Below, piece by piece: positions 1 to 12,457 of a DNA stretch of 64,000 nucleotides. Below the pieces are notes generated by a model that saw only the letters and a list, made by a program, of their open reading frames with translations, was not told the origin of the DNA and did not search any database. Numbering within the stretch: position 1 is the stretch's first letter; each line of letters opens with the position of its first letter. A program made the position numbers and the translations under genes. Location: NCBI RefSeq assembly GCF_006345805.1, contig NC_043006.1, positions 75,392,001 to 75,456,000 of the forward strand, given 5' to 3'. The stretch comes from Octopus sinensis. Taxonomy: Eukaryota.

Positions 1-46
1 TTGGCGTTAGGAAGGGCATCCAGCTGTAGAAACACTGCCAGATCAG

Positions 47-432
47 TGCATTGTATTTGGTGGGATCATAAGGTAATATTTATTATGAGCTTTTCCCATG
101 AAACCAGACCATTAATTTTGATGTGTACTGTCATCAGCTGGTTAATCTAAAACCAAAAATCAAATTGAGGCTGGATATTACCAACAGGAAAGGAGTAGTT
201 TTCCGACAACAAAATTCCCAACCACATGTGTCTTTGGCTACCCAAACAAAGTTACATGAACTTGGCTGGAATATCTTACCCCATCCATCATATTCTCCTG
301 ATATTGCACCATCTGACTACCATATGTTTTTGTCTCTACAGAACTCATTGCAAGGAAAAATTCTTAATGATTTAGATTGAGTCAAAATGCATGTAGGTAA
401 CTTTTTGTCTTCAAAACCAGTCAACTTGTATG
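47..432 (+). mobile_element. mariner transposase catalytic-domain fragment (degenerate)
   Basis: translates to CIWWDHK...TINFDVYCHQL and HPSYSPDIAPSDYHMF, the mariner YSPDLAPxD motif. Confidence 0.9.
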
Positions 433-662
433 CTGTGGCACGTAAAAAGCACCAACTGATCGTGGCCGTTGCCAGCCTCGCCTGGCACGTAAAAAGCACC
501 CACTACACTCACGGAGTGGTTGGCATTAGGAAGGGCATCCAGCTGCAGAAACACTGCCAGATCAGACTGGGCCTGGTGCAGCCTCCTGGCTTCAAAGACC
601 CCAGTCGAACCGTCCAACCCATGCTAGCATGGAAAGCGGACGTTAAACGATGATGATGATGA
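430..662 (+). mobile_element. SINE/LINE-tail family E with (GAT)n tail
   Basis: aggaagggcatccagctg...catgctagcatggaaagcggacgttaaacgatgatgat; further copies near 8322-8550, 13800-14340, 15915-16115, 19190-19515(-), 24355-24600(-), 44355-44660(-), 48730-49300(-), 49320-49700(-), 56820-57005. Confidence 0.85.
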
Positions 663-1494
663 GATGGGCAGAGGTCATTAATAATAATGGAAATTATTTC
701 ATTGAATAAGATTTATTGAAAGGTCAATTATTTATATCCCTTTTTGCCTATTAAAAAACACTCAGAACTTCCCAGACAACCTAATACTATAGTATCAAGA
801 TTTTGAAGATGTGACTGTTTGTTTTTAGAATGACATTGTAGAGTAGGTGCGAGAGGCTGGATCTGGCCAGGTTGCATTTAAAACAGTTAGATTTGGTCTA
901 GCTGTGGCCAGTTTAAATGGTAAAAGGTTAGCGTTTTAACTTCTGATGTTTGACTTTAAATTGCTTTCTCCATACTTTGTCATCTTTATTAAGGATTCTT
1001 CAGTTGTCAAAACGCTGGCTTGTGTTATGATTGTTGGTTTGCTGGTGCTTCTGACCTTACATAATATGGCTTCTGTTCTCCTAACACATATACAACCAGT
1101 CTTTCTCCCTCTCTCCCTCTCGTTTCGTCTCTCATCTCTTCTTTCTTTCATCGCTTGTCATCTAATGTTTCCTTTGTTTATATTTCTCTTTGCTTTCATT
1201 ATATGTTGTTTTTAATCAATTTCTTTGAGAATAATGAAGACTTGCAGAACGAAGAATAAGCATTGACCGAGTAATTCTACAGACATAGACATACACACAC
1301 AACAAGCACAAACATATTCAAAGTACTGGAATAAATAGAGTGAAAGAATTAGTTAATTATCATAATCAAACAAGCCTTGATATTTCTACGTACCATTAAA
1401 TCATAATTCTATAATCATTGTTTGAAACTAGTTCAAATGAGGAATGGAATGAATTGACTTGACATATCAAAAAATAAAATCTCTAATACTGTAG

Positions 1495-1615
1495 TTTCTG
1501 TACATTATTTACATTATTTACATTTGACGGATATTTGGCCTCATCTTGTTTGTTGTTAACACAACACTTCAACTGATATACCTTCCAGCCTTCATCAGGT
1601 GTCTTGGGGAAATTT
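1495..1615 (-). ncRNA. family-1 hammerhead-bearing element, monomer remnant
   Basis: reverse complement reads gacacCTGATGAaggctggaaggtatatcagttGAAgtgttgtgtt; shares acattatttacatttgacggatatt with the 19031 and 21295 copies. Confidence 0.6.
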
Positions 1616-2128
1616 TAGCAAGCGGTAATATATGATTTATAAAAACATGTGACTTATTAATAAATATTTGTAAATATAAAACCGTCCAGATTTTTGAGTA
1701 CCTTATTTCTCCTAATATATATATGTGTGTGTGTATGTGTGTGTGTATACACACACACACACACATATATATATACATAGATACATGTATATATGCATAC
1801 ACACACACATATTAATTGAAGTGTACAGTATTATATATCCATTATAGCCTGTTACAAATGGGTTTCACACTAGGGGTTCAATGGAGTGTTAGCTAATAGT
1901 CTGATTATGTAACCCTGCACTCATCCGAGGTAGCTGTTATGGAATTAAATATGTATGTATATGCATATATATGTACGTATACATATATGTGTATCCACCC
2001 ATCCATCCATTCATCTATCTATCTATCTATCAAATGTACATGCGAAAACACACAAATGCACATGCACATATATGCACTTTTTCAATATACATACATAGAC
2101 ATGTAATTTTGTGTTTGCCTTATTGCAG

Positions 2129-2260
2129 GATGATGAGCAGAAGAACAAAGTTGCTGCTCCATTATTGCCAGATGAAGAGAGAGGGGGTAAAGAGGTTACT
2201 ACTGCTTCTTCAAGTGCACCTCAAGCTGCCACCAAGTTCGGATGGATAAAAGGCGTTTTG
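2129..2260 (+). CDS. SLC12A2: NKCC-type cation-chloride cotransporter, internal exon (first in window, phase 0-0), DDEQKNK...ATKFGWIKGVL
   Basis: ttgcag acceptor, gtaagc donor; encodes the KFGWIKGVL motif that precedes TM1 in NKCC/NCC proteins; 132 nt. Confidence 0.93.
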
Positions 2261-2419
2261 GTAAGCGTAATTCTTTTTTTTTTATCCCTGTTTATTAAAT
2301 TTTATTTGATTTCCTGCAATCCAATATTTTTAGTATTTTTTTTTATTTCCTTCTGGAATTCAAATTTTTATTTCTTTCTATTTCGTTTAAGGCTTTTTCA
2401 TTATTTTTAATAACAGAGT

Positions 2420-2576
2420 TCATAATTCAAAGGTCAGAGAGTCTCTCCAGGTTGAGCTGCCACTTCACTGCTCTGGTATCATGGGCATGTGATTAGAATG
2501 TTGCGAGGAAGCATTGCGAGGCAGATTCTTGAATTTGAGTCAACTAGCAGGAGACGTAGGGGAAGACCAGGGAGAC
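2420..2576 (+). mobile_element. RTE-like LINE ORF C-terminal fragment
   Basis: translates LLWYHGHVIRMLRGSIARQILEFESTSRRRRGRP, like the LRW.GHV.RM...RR.RGRP end of RTE-clade ORFs. Confidence 0.6.
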
Positions 2577-2895
2577 CCCCTTTGGTCATGAATGACCATG
2601 GGATTGCACCTAGAAAGTTACCCTCTGAGGTACAAGTTCAGGCAAAGTTGTTTATGGAAGACCAGCAGTCGCTCATGCATACCGGCCTCCCCTCTCCATG
2701 CCACCAGTGTTATCCAAGAGAAAAGCAAGGACTGATACAGCTTGGCACCTGTGACATCACAACTCATTTCTACAGTTGAGTCAACTGGAGCAACGTGAAA
2801 TAAAGTGTCTTGCTCAAGAACACAACACATAGCCCAGTCCGGGATTCAAACTCACAACCTCACGATCATAAGCTTGACACTCTAACCACTGAGCC
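2575..2895 (-). mobile_element. tRNA-derived SINE family D
   Basis: tRNA-like A/B boxes on the - strand plus core tgttcttgagcaagacactttatttcacgttgctccag; further copies near 7750-7945(-), 23128-23425, 26735-27030(-), 33580-33800, 33925-34450. Confidence 0.85.
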
Positions 2896-3191
2896 AGCAG
2901 TTGCCCATGCATACCAGCCCATCCTCTCCAGGCTACCAGTGTTATACGAATATGGTCGATGCTAACCCCTGAGTTCAAATTCTGCTGAAGTGAGCTCTGC
3001 CTTTCATTCTTTCTAGGTTGATAAAATAAAGTATCTGTCAAGTATTACGGTTGATGTAATGGACTTGGTCCCCTCTTCCAAAATGCTGGCCTTGTGTCAA
3101 AATTTGAAACTCTGCTTTCTGTCTTTCTTCCTTTGTTTGTTTCTTTCATTTCTTTGATGTCTTTTGTATATATCGATTGATGTATTCTTAG

Positions 3192-3363
3192 GTACGATGT
3201 CTGCTCAACATCTGGGGTGTGATGCTGTTTCTGCGTCTGTCATGGGTGGTTGGTCAAGCTGGCATTGGACTCTCTACGGTGGTCATATTGCTGGCTGCTG
3301 TTGTGACAACGATTACCACCTTATCCATGTCAGCCATTTGCACCAATGGAGAAGTGAAAGGAG
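3192..3363 (+). CDS. SLC12A2: NKCC exon, TM1-TM2 ([24 protein letters not shown]...[10 protein letters not shown])
   Basis: ttcttag acceptor, gtaagg donor; hallmark SLC12 TM1 motif [11 protein letters not shown]; 172 nt, phase 0-1. Confidence 0.97.
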
Positions 3364-3641
3364 GTAAGGTCAGCAGATCCCTTTCTGCTGCTCACACGTT
3401 ACTTATTACTTTCATTTTCTCTTTTTAGCACCTTGCATTGCTGTTGCAGCACTTTCATTATTCCACTGGTCATCACATGTAGCTGGACAGCTAAAACTTT
3501 ATTTGTTGGTGCACATCAACAACATCACTACCCTATACTCAGAGTTTAATGAAGGGCACACAAAATCAGTGTTCACACATACAAACAAACTTACTCTCAC
3601 ACATACACTCACTTTCTCTCTCTCATACATACAGTGCTGTC

Positions 3642-3869
3642 TTAACCTTTTAGTGCTTAAACCGGCCATATCCGGCCCAACTATTCTATATGTTTTATAT
3701 TCAAACTGGCGATATCTAGCCTCTCACACCTAACCTACATTGACATTCTTATGATAGACAATCACATTATTGAAACACCAAAGCTATAAGATGATGCTTG
3801 ATTAATTCAAAACAATTTGAGTAAAAAAAATATTACATTAACAGAGTAATCTGAATACTAAAGGGTTAA
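3642..3869. mobile_element. piggyBac-type MITE
   Basis: TTAA-CCTTTTAG...CTAAAGGG-TTAA ends; homologous copies at 55202-55428, about 800-931, 22040-22260 and 23640-23822. Confidence 0.8.
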
Positions 3870-4689
3870 GGCATAAGCATACTGGGCAGATACCTAAGAG
3901 CCTCATGAGTCAGAGGACCCAGTTCTAATCTATATATGTTGTGGCTTGCTGTCAGTATATAAATAATATAGGGCTCAGTGTATTAATTTACTTGGGGGGC
4001 TGTTATGTTGCTAAGATTAGCCCTGCACACCCATGCATGCAATTGTGTGACAGGCTTTGAAATAGTTTTTATCTAATAGTTCCAACGGTCAATTCAAGGC
4101 TGTATAATTTGTCCCTTATTATTTTGAAAATTAGTAAAGTGGCAAGCTGGCAGAATCATTATCATACTAGACAAAGCACTTAGTGGCATTTTGTCTGTCT
4201 CTACACTCTGAGTTCAAATTCTGCCACAGTTGACTTTGCCTTTCATCCTTAATAAATTAAGTACGGGTTAAGCACTGGGGAAATTGTAATTAGTTTGACC
4301 TCTTTCCTAAAATTTCAAGCCTTGTGCCTATAAATGAAAGGATTATTATGTTTAGCATGCCAGACAAAATACTTTATGGCATTTATCTGGTTTTACATTC
4401 TGAGTTCAAATTCCACTGAGGTAGACTTTGCCTTTCATCCTTTCAGGGTCACTTAAATAAGTACCAGTCAAGCACTAGGGTTGATGTTATCAGCTAGCTC
4501 CCTCCCCTATAGTTTCAGGCCTTGTGCCTACAGTAGAAAGGATTGTTTTGAAAATCAATTGAAGCAAAAACAGTGTTTCAACTGAACTAATAGTAATAAA
4601 AAGTTTAAAGATGAAAATGTTAGTTGATTTTAATGAAATAAATGATTCCCTCTTTGTAACTCCATTCATAAAATGTCACCCAAAGTCCA

Positions 4690-5398
4690 TCCCCTCCTCA
4701 CCATGGTGGGGACGTTGGCAACAGGTAGTGTCAGAGCTGTGCCGTCGGGAACTTCAGTTCCTGGTAGGGCCACCCAAGGCGGATTGGTCTGACACTGAGT
4801 GGTATTGGGACCACAACCCAGCTTACCAGTGCAAGATCGACACTACCCAGCTGGTGCGTCCCCAAATCTCCGCCGTCACTTCGCCTGCCTTTCAGACGCT
4901 GCTGCATTCGCTCGCCTTCGCCCACCTGTTGACACCCGCGTTTGCCCGCCTCTTGACGTCCGCCTTCGCTCGCTCGTACATAGGGTTGTTGCTGATCAGT
5001 ATAGGTGACCGTCTGGAAGGGATGTTCTCGTCGCTCCTTTCTGCCAATGGTGAAAATCCTCAGAGTGTCTGTTTCGGTAACCGGTGGCTCCTCGGTCATT
5101 TTGTCCCTGCGTCTGCGGACAATCTGTGGCAAACAGGATGTCTCTACATGCGGGATTGTTGGGGACCGCTTGTGAAATCCACATATTCCCACGAAACATC
5201 TTCCATGAATTCTCAATGGCAAATACAATGGCAACATCAGCTTGCACCAATGGAACCGTGACTGGCTCGCTATCTCCAGTGAACTGGCGCAGGACCTTTG
5301 TGCTTGGGCTGCCATGGTTCAAGATGCCTCGAGGGTGGTAGAAGAAGCCGACTCAACCCGCCCAGGGTGAATGCCGCCACAAGTACAAGTAATTAAGT
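4690..5398 (+). mobile_element. RTE-clade non-LTR retrotransposon, 5'-truncated 3' fragment
   Basis: GC-rich island; broken frames give DAAAFARLRP (SAAF.RL), RWLLGHFV (RW.GHV) and LAQDLCAWAAMV (LAQDR..W); ends in a caagtacaagta tail. Confidence 0.7.
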
Positions 5399-5560
5399 AC
5401 CTTAAAACCCCCCGAAGGTGTGGGTCCTCTGTTAGGTTGGAACCCCTGTTTTGCATAAAAGTGAGAAACTGATGTAAAAGATGCTGAAATGGTAAAAAAT
5501 GGATTCATTAGAAATATTCTTCTTGCATGAAATCATTGCTATTCTCTCGTTTCCTTCCAG

Positions 5561-5700
5561 GTGGTGCTTATTATTTGATATCCAGAAGTCTTGGGCCTGA
5601 GTTTGGTGGTGCTATTGGTATAGTGTTTTCTATTGCCAATGCTGTTGCAATAGCTATGTATGTAGTAGGATTTGCTGAGACTGTGAGAGATTTATTGAAA
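5561..5700 (+). CDS. SLC12A2: NKCC exon, [20 protein letters not shown]...[16 protein letters not shown] (TM3)
   Basis: ccttccag acceptor, gtaagt donor; invariant SLC12 motif [16 protein letters not shown]; 140 nt, phase 1-0. Confidence 0.97.
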
Positions 5701-6270
5701 GTAAGTAAATGAAATAATTTTCGTTCATGACCTTTTCCTCTCTCTATAGTTTCTCGTTATTAAAATCGTACACAGTGTTGATGAAGATAAAAATAATGTC
5801 AAGTAGATACATGAAAACACCATCGATCCCTTCCAATATTTAGAATATGATAATGAACTTTTAAGGATGCTGTTGTTGCTGCTGCTGCTGTTGTTGTTGT
5901 TAATTGGTTACTATTTTGAACATTAGACTCAGCAGTTCTTTAAAAACTAAAAAAAAAAAAAAAAATGAAAAGAAATAAAAGCTGAAATCTGATTGGTCAG
6001 TTTTTGTTTCACTTTCTCTGAGCGATGTTTAAAGATGTATAGATGTATTTGTTGAGCAAATCTACACCCAGACAGTTCATTCAAACATTACAGTGAAGTA
6101 TCCAATGTTTAGAGCAGGAGAGAAATAAAAGAGAGAAAACAAGAATTTTACACTCTCTATGTTTGTGAAACTTGTAACTCTTTCAGCCATTTTTTCCTAA
6201 TAATACAAAACTTACTGACACAGACCACCACCAGTGTCCTTGAATTCTAATTTATCATATATATATATAT

Positions 6271-6450
6271 AGGCATAGGAGTGGCTGTGTGGTAAGTAGC
6301 TTGCTTAGGAACCACATAGTTCTGGGTTCAGTCCCACTGCATGGCACCTTGGGCAAGTGTCTTCTACTATAGCCTCGGGCCGACCAAAGCCTTGTGAGTG
6401 GATTTGGTAGACGGAAACTGAAAGAAGCCTGTTGTATATATGTATATGTG

Positions 6451-6515
<65 letters not shown>

Positions 6516-6729
6516 GAGTGTGTGTCTGTGTTTGTACCCCCAACATCGCCTGACAACCAATGCCGGTGTGTTTACGTCCCCCGTAACTTAGTGGTTCAGC
6601 AAAAGAGACCGATAGAATAAGTACTGGGCTTACAAAGAATAAGTCCTGGGGTCGGTTTGCTTGACTAAAGGCAGTGCTCCAGCATGGCCACAGTTAAGTG
6701 ACTGAAACAAGTAAAAGAGAGTAAAGAGT
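6271..6729 (+). mobile_element. tRNA-derived SINE family A with internal (TA)n/(TG)n tract
   Basis: ggctgtgtggtaag A box, gggttcagtccc B box, tail gactgaaacaagtaaaagag; many near-identical copies in the window. Confidence 0.9.
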
Positions 6730-6805
6730 ATATATAAATTTAAAATAATAAGGGTGAAAAATTGAATATTAATTTGATTAATATCAATTTAATACTAGTG
6801 GTCTA

Positions 6806-6846
<41 letters not shown>

Positions 6847-7673
6847 ATGTATATATGAGAATTAGATTATTTACATCAAATAAATTCTTTATCCTTAAAT
6901 GAGATGCAAAAGATCAATAAACGATTGTTTTCTTTTTACTGCTTGTCGATGATTTAAATGCTATAGGCTTTAAAATGTAGGAATTGCTTCTTTTAATGTA
7001 GCTGGCATTAAAATACATTGTACAGCATTGCAGTGTCTTTGCAATCAGCTTTATCTTTCATCTTTCCTGGATTCATAGAATAAGTATGATTAATATTGGT
7101 CTGCTTGACTGAACCCTTTCATCTCAGCAAGATGTATGTCTCTTAATTCATGTTTGAGTGTCTTGTGCATTTTGACAATTGCAAAAATAAAATAGGTGAA
7201 GTGGATAGATATCACTTATGTAAGTCTTTAGACCAAATCCGCTTTAGGCATTTTGTTGTGTAATTTCGTGTGTGCTGTAATTTTTTTTTTTTTTCAATAT
7301 TATTTTGCTGTCAGCTCTATCAGAATTTCTGAGAATGCTGTTTTCATTACACTGACATCTTAGCTGGTGGGAGATTATCTCTCATCTATTAATGCCCCAA
7401 ACCAAACGCAAACATCCACATGGTTTATTTATGTGGTTTTTAGTTAAGGCCACTACACAATGGTCATTATAGAATCTGAAAATTCTGGATTTTACATTGG
7501 TAAGGGCTTTTAGTTAACAGAATTGGTAGAATGTCAGACAAAAATAAATTGTTGTATTTAGTTAGACTTCCTTATGTTCTAAGATCAAATCTTGCCAGGA
7601 TTACTTTGCTTTTCATTTTCTGGTATTGATAAAATAAGTATCAAGAAAGTATGAGGGTTGGTCTGGCTAACTA

Positions 7674-8596
7674 CAGAGTCTGTCAAAAAAACGGTATGCA
7701 CACTTCAAGAAAGGTAAAATTTGTATAAATATTTAACTTGTATAATGTAACCCCCTTCGGTCATGAATGGCCATGGGATTGCACCTAGAAAGTTTTCCTC
7801 CGACCCACAAGTTTGGGCAAGGTTGTTTATGGAAGACCAGCAGTCGTCCACGCATACCAGTCTCCCCTCTCCATGCCACCGATGTTATCCAAGGGAAAAG
7901 TGAAGACCGGTACAGCTTGGCACCAGTGACGTCGCAGCTCATTTATTAATGTGCAAGTGGCTGAGTACTCCACAGACATGTGTACCCTTAAAGTAGTTCT
8001 GGCCCTTTGAATACAGGTACAACAGAAGCAGGAAGAAAGAGTGAGAGAAAGTTGTGGTGAAAGAGTACAGCAGGGTTCACGCCCACCCCTGCCGGAGCCT
8101 CGTGGAGCTTTAGGTGTTTTTGCTCAATAAACACTCACAAAGCCCGGTCTGGGAATTGAAACTGCAATCCTACGACCATGTGTCCGATGCCCTAACTACT
8201 GAGCCATTGTGCCTTCAGCTTGTATAAGTACCCCAATAAATATAAATACTTCTTTTGGTGTTTTATCATATTGCAATAACACTGAATAAATTACAATAAC
8301 ACTGAATTAAAATATTTATACAGTGGCATGTAAAAAGCACCATCCGATCGTGGCCGTTTGCCAGCCTCGTCTGGCACGTAAAAAGCACCCACTACACTCA
8401 CGAAGTGGTTGGCGTTAGGAAGGGCATCCAGTCATAGAAACATTGCCAGATCAGACTGGGCCTGGTGCAGCCTTCTGGCTTCCCAGACCCCAGTTGAACC
8501 GTCCAAACCATGCTAGCATGGAAAGCGGACGCTAAATGATGATGATGATGATATTTCCTTTCCTGAAGTGTGTATTCATATTTTTGGTGGACTCTG
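7674..8596. mobile_element. Tc1/mariner-type MITE with nested SINEs
   Basis: TA-flanked ~40-bp imperfect TIRs (cagagtc...cacacttcaagaaagg / cctttcctgaagtgtg...gactctg); contains a D/C SINE chimera at 7750-8215 and a family E copy at 8322-8550. Confidence 0.7.
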
Positions 8597-9127
8597 TATA
8601 TATTTTCCTCATATTTATAGCCGTTTGTTGATGTTAGTGATAATATTGAAGTCAGTGACGGTTATCTCAGGCACGGTTATTGCCATTTGTAAACTCACTC
8701 TTCAGTAATGGTTTAAAACCAACCACCGTTCATCTATAAATATCTAAATTTCTTAATGCATCTTATCTGCTCAGCCATTATGGGACAGATGTTAACTGAT
8801 GTAAAGTGGTTTCAAAATAAAACACCAGAATTCTACTGTAAAATCGCTTAATTTTCTGTTATTAAGTGTTTTAGTAGATTCTCACTAGATACACAAATTT
8901 GTTTCCAATGATGGTCATTAATTCCACATCGATTTGTCCAAGACTTTGTTTTAGAACACAGCTGAAATAGAATATAGCTTGTCCTGCAAATCCATTTGCT
9001 ATAATCAGAAACAAACAATCCGTTAACTATTGACTTAATGTAATTTGTCTGTGATAATTTTGTTGTTGCTGCTTCATTCTGTTTTGCTGTATCTATTCAT
9101 CATTATTATCTTTTTTTTTAATTGCAG

Positions 9128-9238
9128 GCTAACAATGCCTTATTAATTGATGAGGTGAACGATATCCGGATCATAGGGGTGATAACGATTACTCTTTTGC
9201 TGGGTATAGCTATCATTGGTATGGAGTGGGAGGCACGG
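9128..9238 (+). CDS. SLC12A2: NKCC exon, ANNALLIDEVNDIRIIG...IGMEWEAR (TM4)
   Basis: attgcag acceptor, gtaagt donor; NDIRIIG and GMEWEA motifs; 111 nt, phase 0-0; absent from the ORF track. Confidence 0.96.
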
Positions 9239-9649
9239 GTAAGTCTCCTACTTTTTTTTTAACCCTCACTATCTTTCTGTTACATACCCCCCTTCCCTCC
9301 CTCCACATGTATGTGTGTGTGTGTGTATGGTGTGACTGGATTTGGTTGATGGAAACTGAAAGAAGCCCGCCGTGTGTGTGTGTGTGTGGTGTGTGTGTGT
9401 GTGTTTGTTCCTCACTACCACTTAACAACTGGTGTTGGTGTGTTTACATTCCTGTAACTTAACAGTTCAGTAAAAGAGACCAAGAAAATAAGTACTAAGC
9501 CTAGATTTGGAATACTACTGGTTGTTTGGTAATTCTAAGGGTGAATGAGCTCTATTTTGTACTCTGTCACATTCCTAAACGGAATACACTTTAAATTTAT
9601 GTGTGTGTGTGTATGTATGTGTGTGTATGTGGTGTATTTATGTGTGTGT

Positions 9650-9815
9650 GTTAGCCACTACACACATTTTTTTCTCTCCTTGTTTTTTCTGTGTCCCTTT
9701 CTGTAGAAGAGCGTAGGCTCGAAACGTAAAAGACTTTTTCTATTCCTGAGCGTTATACTAATACATCTGTTTGTTTTGTACACCACCTGTCTTCATCTTT
9801 TGTCTTTTTTGTAAA

Positions 9816-9820
<5 letters not shown>
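9650..9820 (+). ncRNA. family-2 repeat with variant hammerhead fold (core 9697-9732)
   Basis: cttt CTGTAGA A GAGC gtag GCTC GAAA CGT A aaag; homologues on the - strand at about 45113-45327, 61741-61913 and 62533-62722. Confidence 0.6.
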
Positions 9821-9898
<78 letters not shown>

Positions 9899-9899
9899 A

Positions 9900-10222
9900 A
9901 ATCAGAAAATGGAGAAAATCTCAGATTAACAAACTCATTGATTGGGCCACATTTATAGCTTACTCCCTAATACAAAGCTTGACATAACATATCCTATGGC
10001 TGTTTCTAATCGGTTACCAAAATGTTGTCTATAAATAAATGCGAGAATAAAGTTCATCTTCATAGGGCATTGAAATTAAGGCAACGGGTCTTCATCAGAG
10101 TAAAATACCAAGAGCATACAATATAAACAAAAGGAAGGTCATGCTTTGTATTAAAAAATAAGCTATAGATGTGATTTAATCAATGTGTTTGTTAATCTGA
10201 GGTTTCCTCCGTTTTCTGATTA
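9900..10222. repeat. imperfect inverted repeat, ~85-bp arms with ~150-bp spacer
   Basis: aatcagaaaatggagaaaatctcagattaacaaac... (9900-9985) mirrors ...gtttgttaatctgaggtttcctccgttttctgatt (10137-10222). Confidence 0.75.
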
Positions 10223-10439
10223 TTTGCATTGGTTCCTCATAAGCTCTTGTTTATCCCGGTGTTACCTGCATTCTACCTGTATGATGTGCCTGCACACCAA
10301 TGCCTGGGTATAATATGGATAACGATAGTATATATGGATATTTTATCCCTTAGTCGGTTATTATAACTGCTAACTCTGTTTTCACTTGACACACATATAT
10401 ATATTATAATAATAATAATAATTTGAGGGAATATTATTC

Positions 10440-10825
10440 CAAACTTACTGGGAAAAATTCAATTTAGAAATACTAAATCAAATTTCACAAAATATAAAAT
10501 ATATATAAATTAGAAAAAAACCCACCTTTTATCAATTCAAAATGAAAATTTAAATTACACCCTCTAGAAAATTACATATAATAGAAATATTAAATATAAG
10601 ATAAAAAATAATATACCGATGATTAAGTAATGTGCAAAATAATAAATAAAAAATAAATAACATATATGTTTTATTTATTATTTTATTTATTATTTTGCAC
10701 ATTACTTAATCATCGGTATATTATTTTTTATCTTATATTTAATATTTTTATTATATGTAATTTTCTAGATGGTGTAATTTAATTTTTCATTTTGAATTGA
10801 TAAAAGGTGTTTTTTTCCTAATTTG

Positions 10826-10830
<5 letters not shown>
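10440..10830. repeat. foldback element: conserved leader plus ~330-bp palindrome centred at 10664/10665
   Basis: arms 10501-10664 and 10665-10830 are reverse complements with few mismatches; same leader at 38118. Confidence 0.85.
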
Positions 10831-10875
<45 letters not shown>

Positions 10876-11672
10876 ACAAAATGGGACAAGAACGCAAAAC
10901 ATCCAAATAGACGATACAAAAAACACTGACAGGTCATTCGAAGCCTTTAATCTTCAGTCAAGAACTGGATCATCCTTGCAATTTCGGCTGATTAATCTTG
11001 AGATTGCTCCAATCTGGCCAGCCCCAAGGAAAAAACTAAGCTAAGAGCATTAGATTCCTCGGAAAAAGTATCGAATGTGTATGAAACAAGGACAGAAAAA
11101 TGGATGATGTTACATGGATATAAATACAAAAAACAAAAAATAATACGAATATAAATACAAGAAAACAATAATAATAATAATAACAGGACATAACAACAGG
11201 CATCTTTCGACTAGAGACGAATTGAATATATAGATAGAATTGAATATATAGATAGAATTGAATAGATAGATAGATAGATAGATATATATATCTGTTTGGT
11301 GTTGTCTGCTGGAAAACAAGAGTATTAAGTACCGTGGTAGAGATTATTAATATTTTATTTTGGTTGAGCTAGTATCTTGTGACTCTGAGACTCACCTGTG
11401 GGCTAATGGGATCTTCAGGCTGGTTGTATCAAATTCTAGGCAGCTGGATGAGGGATGGTAAGTAAGAAGACAGGATTTTGTGTGTGTGTGAAGAGGTGGG
11501 AGGGTTGTATGGTAGGGGACAGGACAGTGGGATGGGATTGATAAGTTATTGAGAAGGGGCAATAAAGCAGAAAAGCAACAGGGTGGGTTGTGAAAGATGG
11601 GTGTTGAGGATTCTCTAGCATTATAAGGGGTGACTGTGGAAAAAAAAGGATAAGAACAGACGTGCACATGCG

Positions 11673-11727
<55 letters not shown>

Positions 11728-12009
11728 GTATACTTATTTGATGTGCTTCATCTGCCAGATGCTTGCCATCCACTAGATGTACATTGTTAGACAGGTGTGT
11801 ATCATATACAATCAGAATTTGTGTTCACATTTTCAGGTTTTGCTTTCATTACTCTTATATGTTTACCCCCTCCCCCCAAAGACAAAAAACCCCTAAAAAA
11901 CCCGATGTTATTATGCTTCTTTTCGGCTGAATTGCTACTATTTCTATATATTTCTGAATTCCTGAACAGCAAATGCCAACAAAACCTTTTCTAATTTTTC
12001 TTAATTCAG

Positions 12010-12121
12010 GCTCAGTTGATATTGTTGGGAATATTACTTATATCAATGTCTGCCTATATCATTGGAACATTTATCGCACCAAACAATGATAACTTTTCCA
12101 AAGGTTACACTGGCTATAGAG
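12010..12121 (+). CDS. SLC12A2: NKCC exon, AQLILLGILL...SKGYTGYR (TM5)
   Basis: ttaattcag acceptor, gtaaac donor; 112 nt, phase 0-1. Confidence 0.94.
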
Positions 12122-12220
12122 GTAAACTGTCTTTCTTTCTTACTTTCTTTCTTTTTCCCTCTTTTCATTTGTTAACTTGTTCAACTGCCCATCCTTAGTA
12201 GATAAAATATTTCTAGCCAT

Positions 12221-12457
12221 CAGGCGGCAAGCTGGCAGAAATGTTAGCATGCCGGGCGAAATGCGTAGCCGTATTTCGTCTGCTGTTATGTTCTGAGTTC
12301 AAATTCCACCGAGGTCGACTTTGCCTTTCATCCTTTTGGGGTCGATAAATTAAGTACCAGTTATGCGCTGGGGTCGATGTAATCGACTTAATCCGTTTGT
12401 CTGTCCTTGTTTGTCCTCTCTGTGTTTAGCCCCTTGTGGGTAGTAAAAAAATAGGTA
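12221..12457 (+). mobile_element. tRNA-derived SINE family B (young copy)
   Basis: ggcggcaagctggcagaa...gagttcaaattcc...gactttgcctttcatcc...aaaaaataggta; young copies also at 24680-24915, 34144-34372 and 48951-49180, with many degenerate ones. Confidence 0.9.

Noticed and set aside
4611-5322. Overlapping 100-216-aa ORFs in a GC-rich island; a possible LTR primer-binding site (tagtgtcagagc)
   Set aside because: RTE-type motifs across broken + strand frames and the caagta tail explain the region; no LTR pair was found
10930-11040. Hammerhead-like stems on the - strand (TCCTTG/CAAGGA, GGCTG/CAGCC-GAAA) and a nearby CTGAAGA
   Set aside because: No CUGANGA core lies between stems I and II, and the separate CTGAAGA is not closed by GAAA; single copy in the window
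11330-11640. Possible Penelope-like 3' fragments here and at 15400-15880 and 63660-63800
   Set aside because: They are too degenerate to assign; no clear RT, GIY-YIG or ribozyme motif by eye
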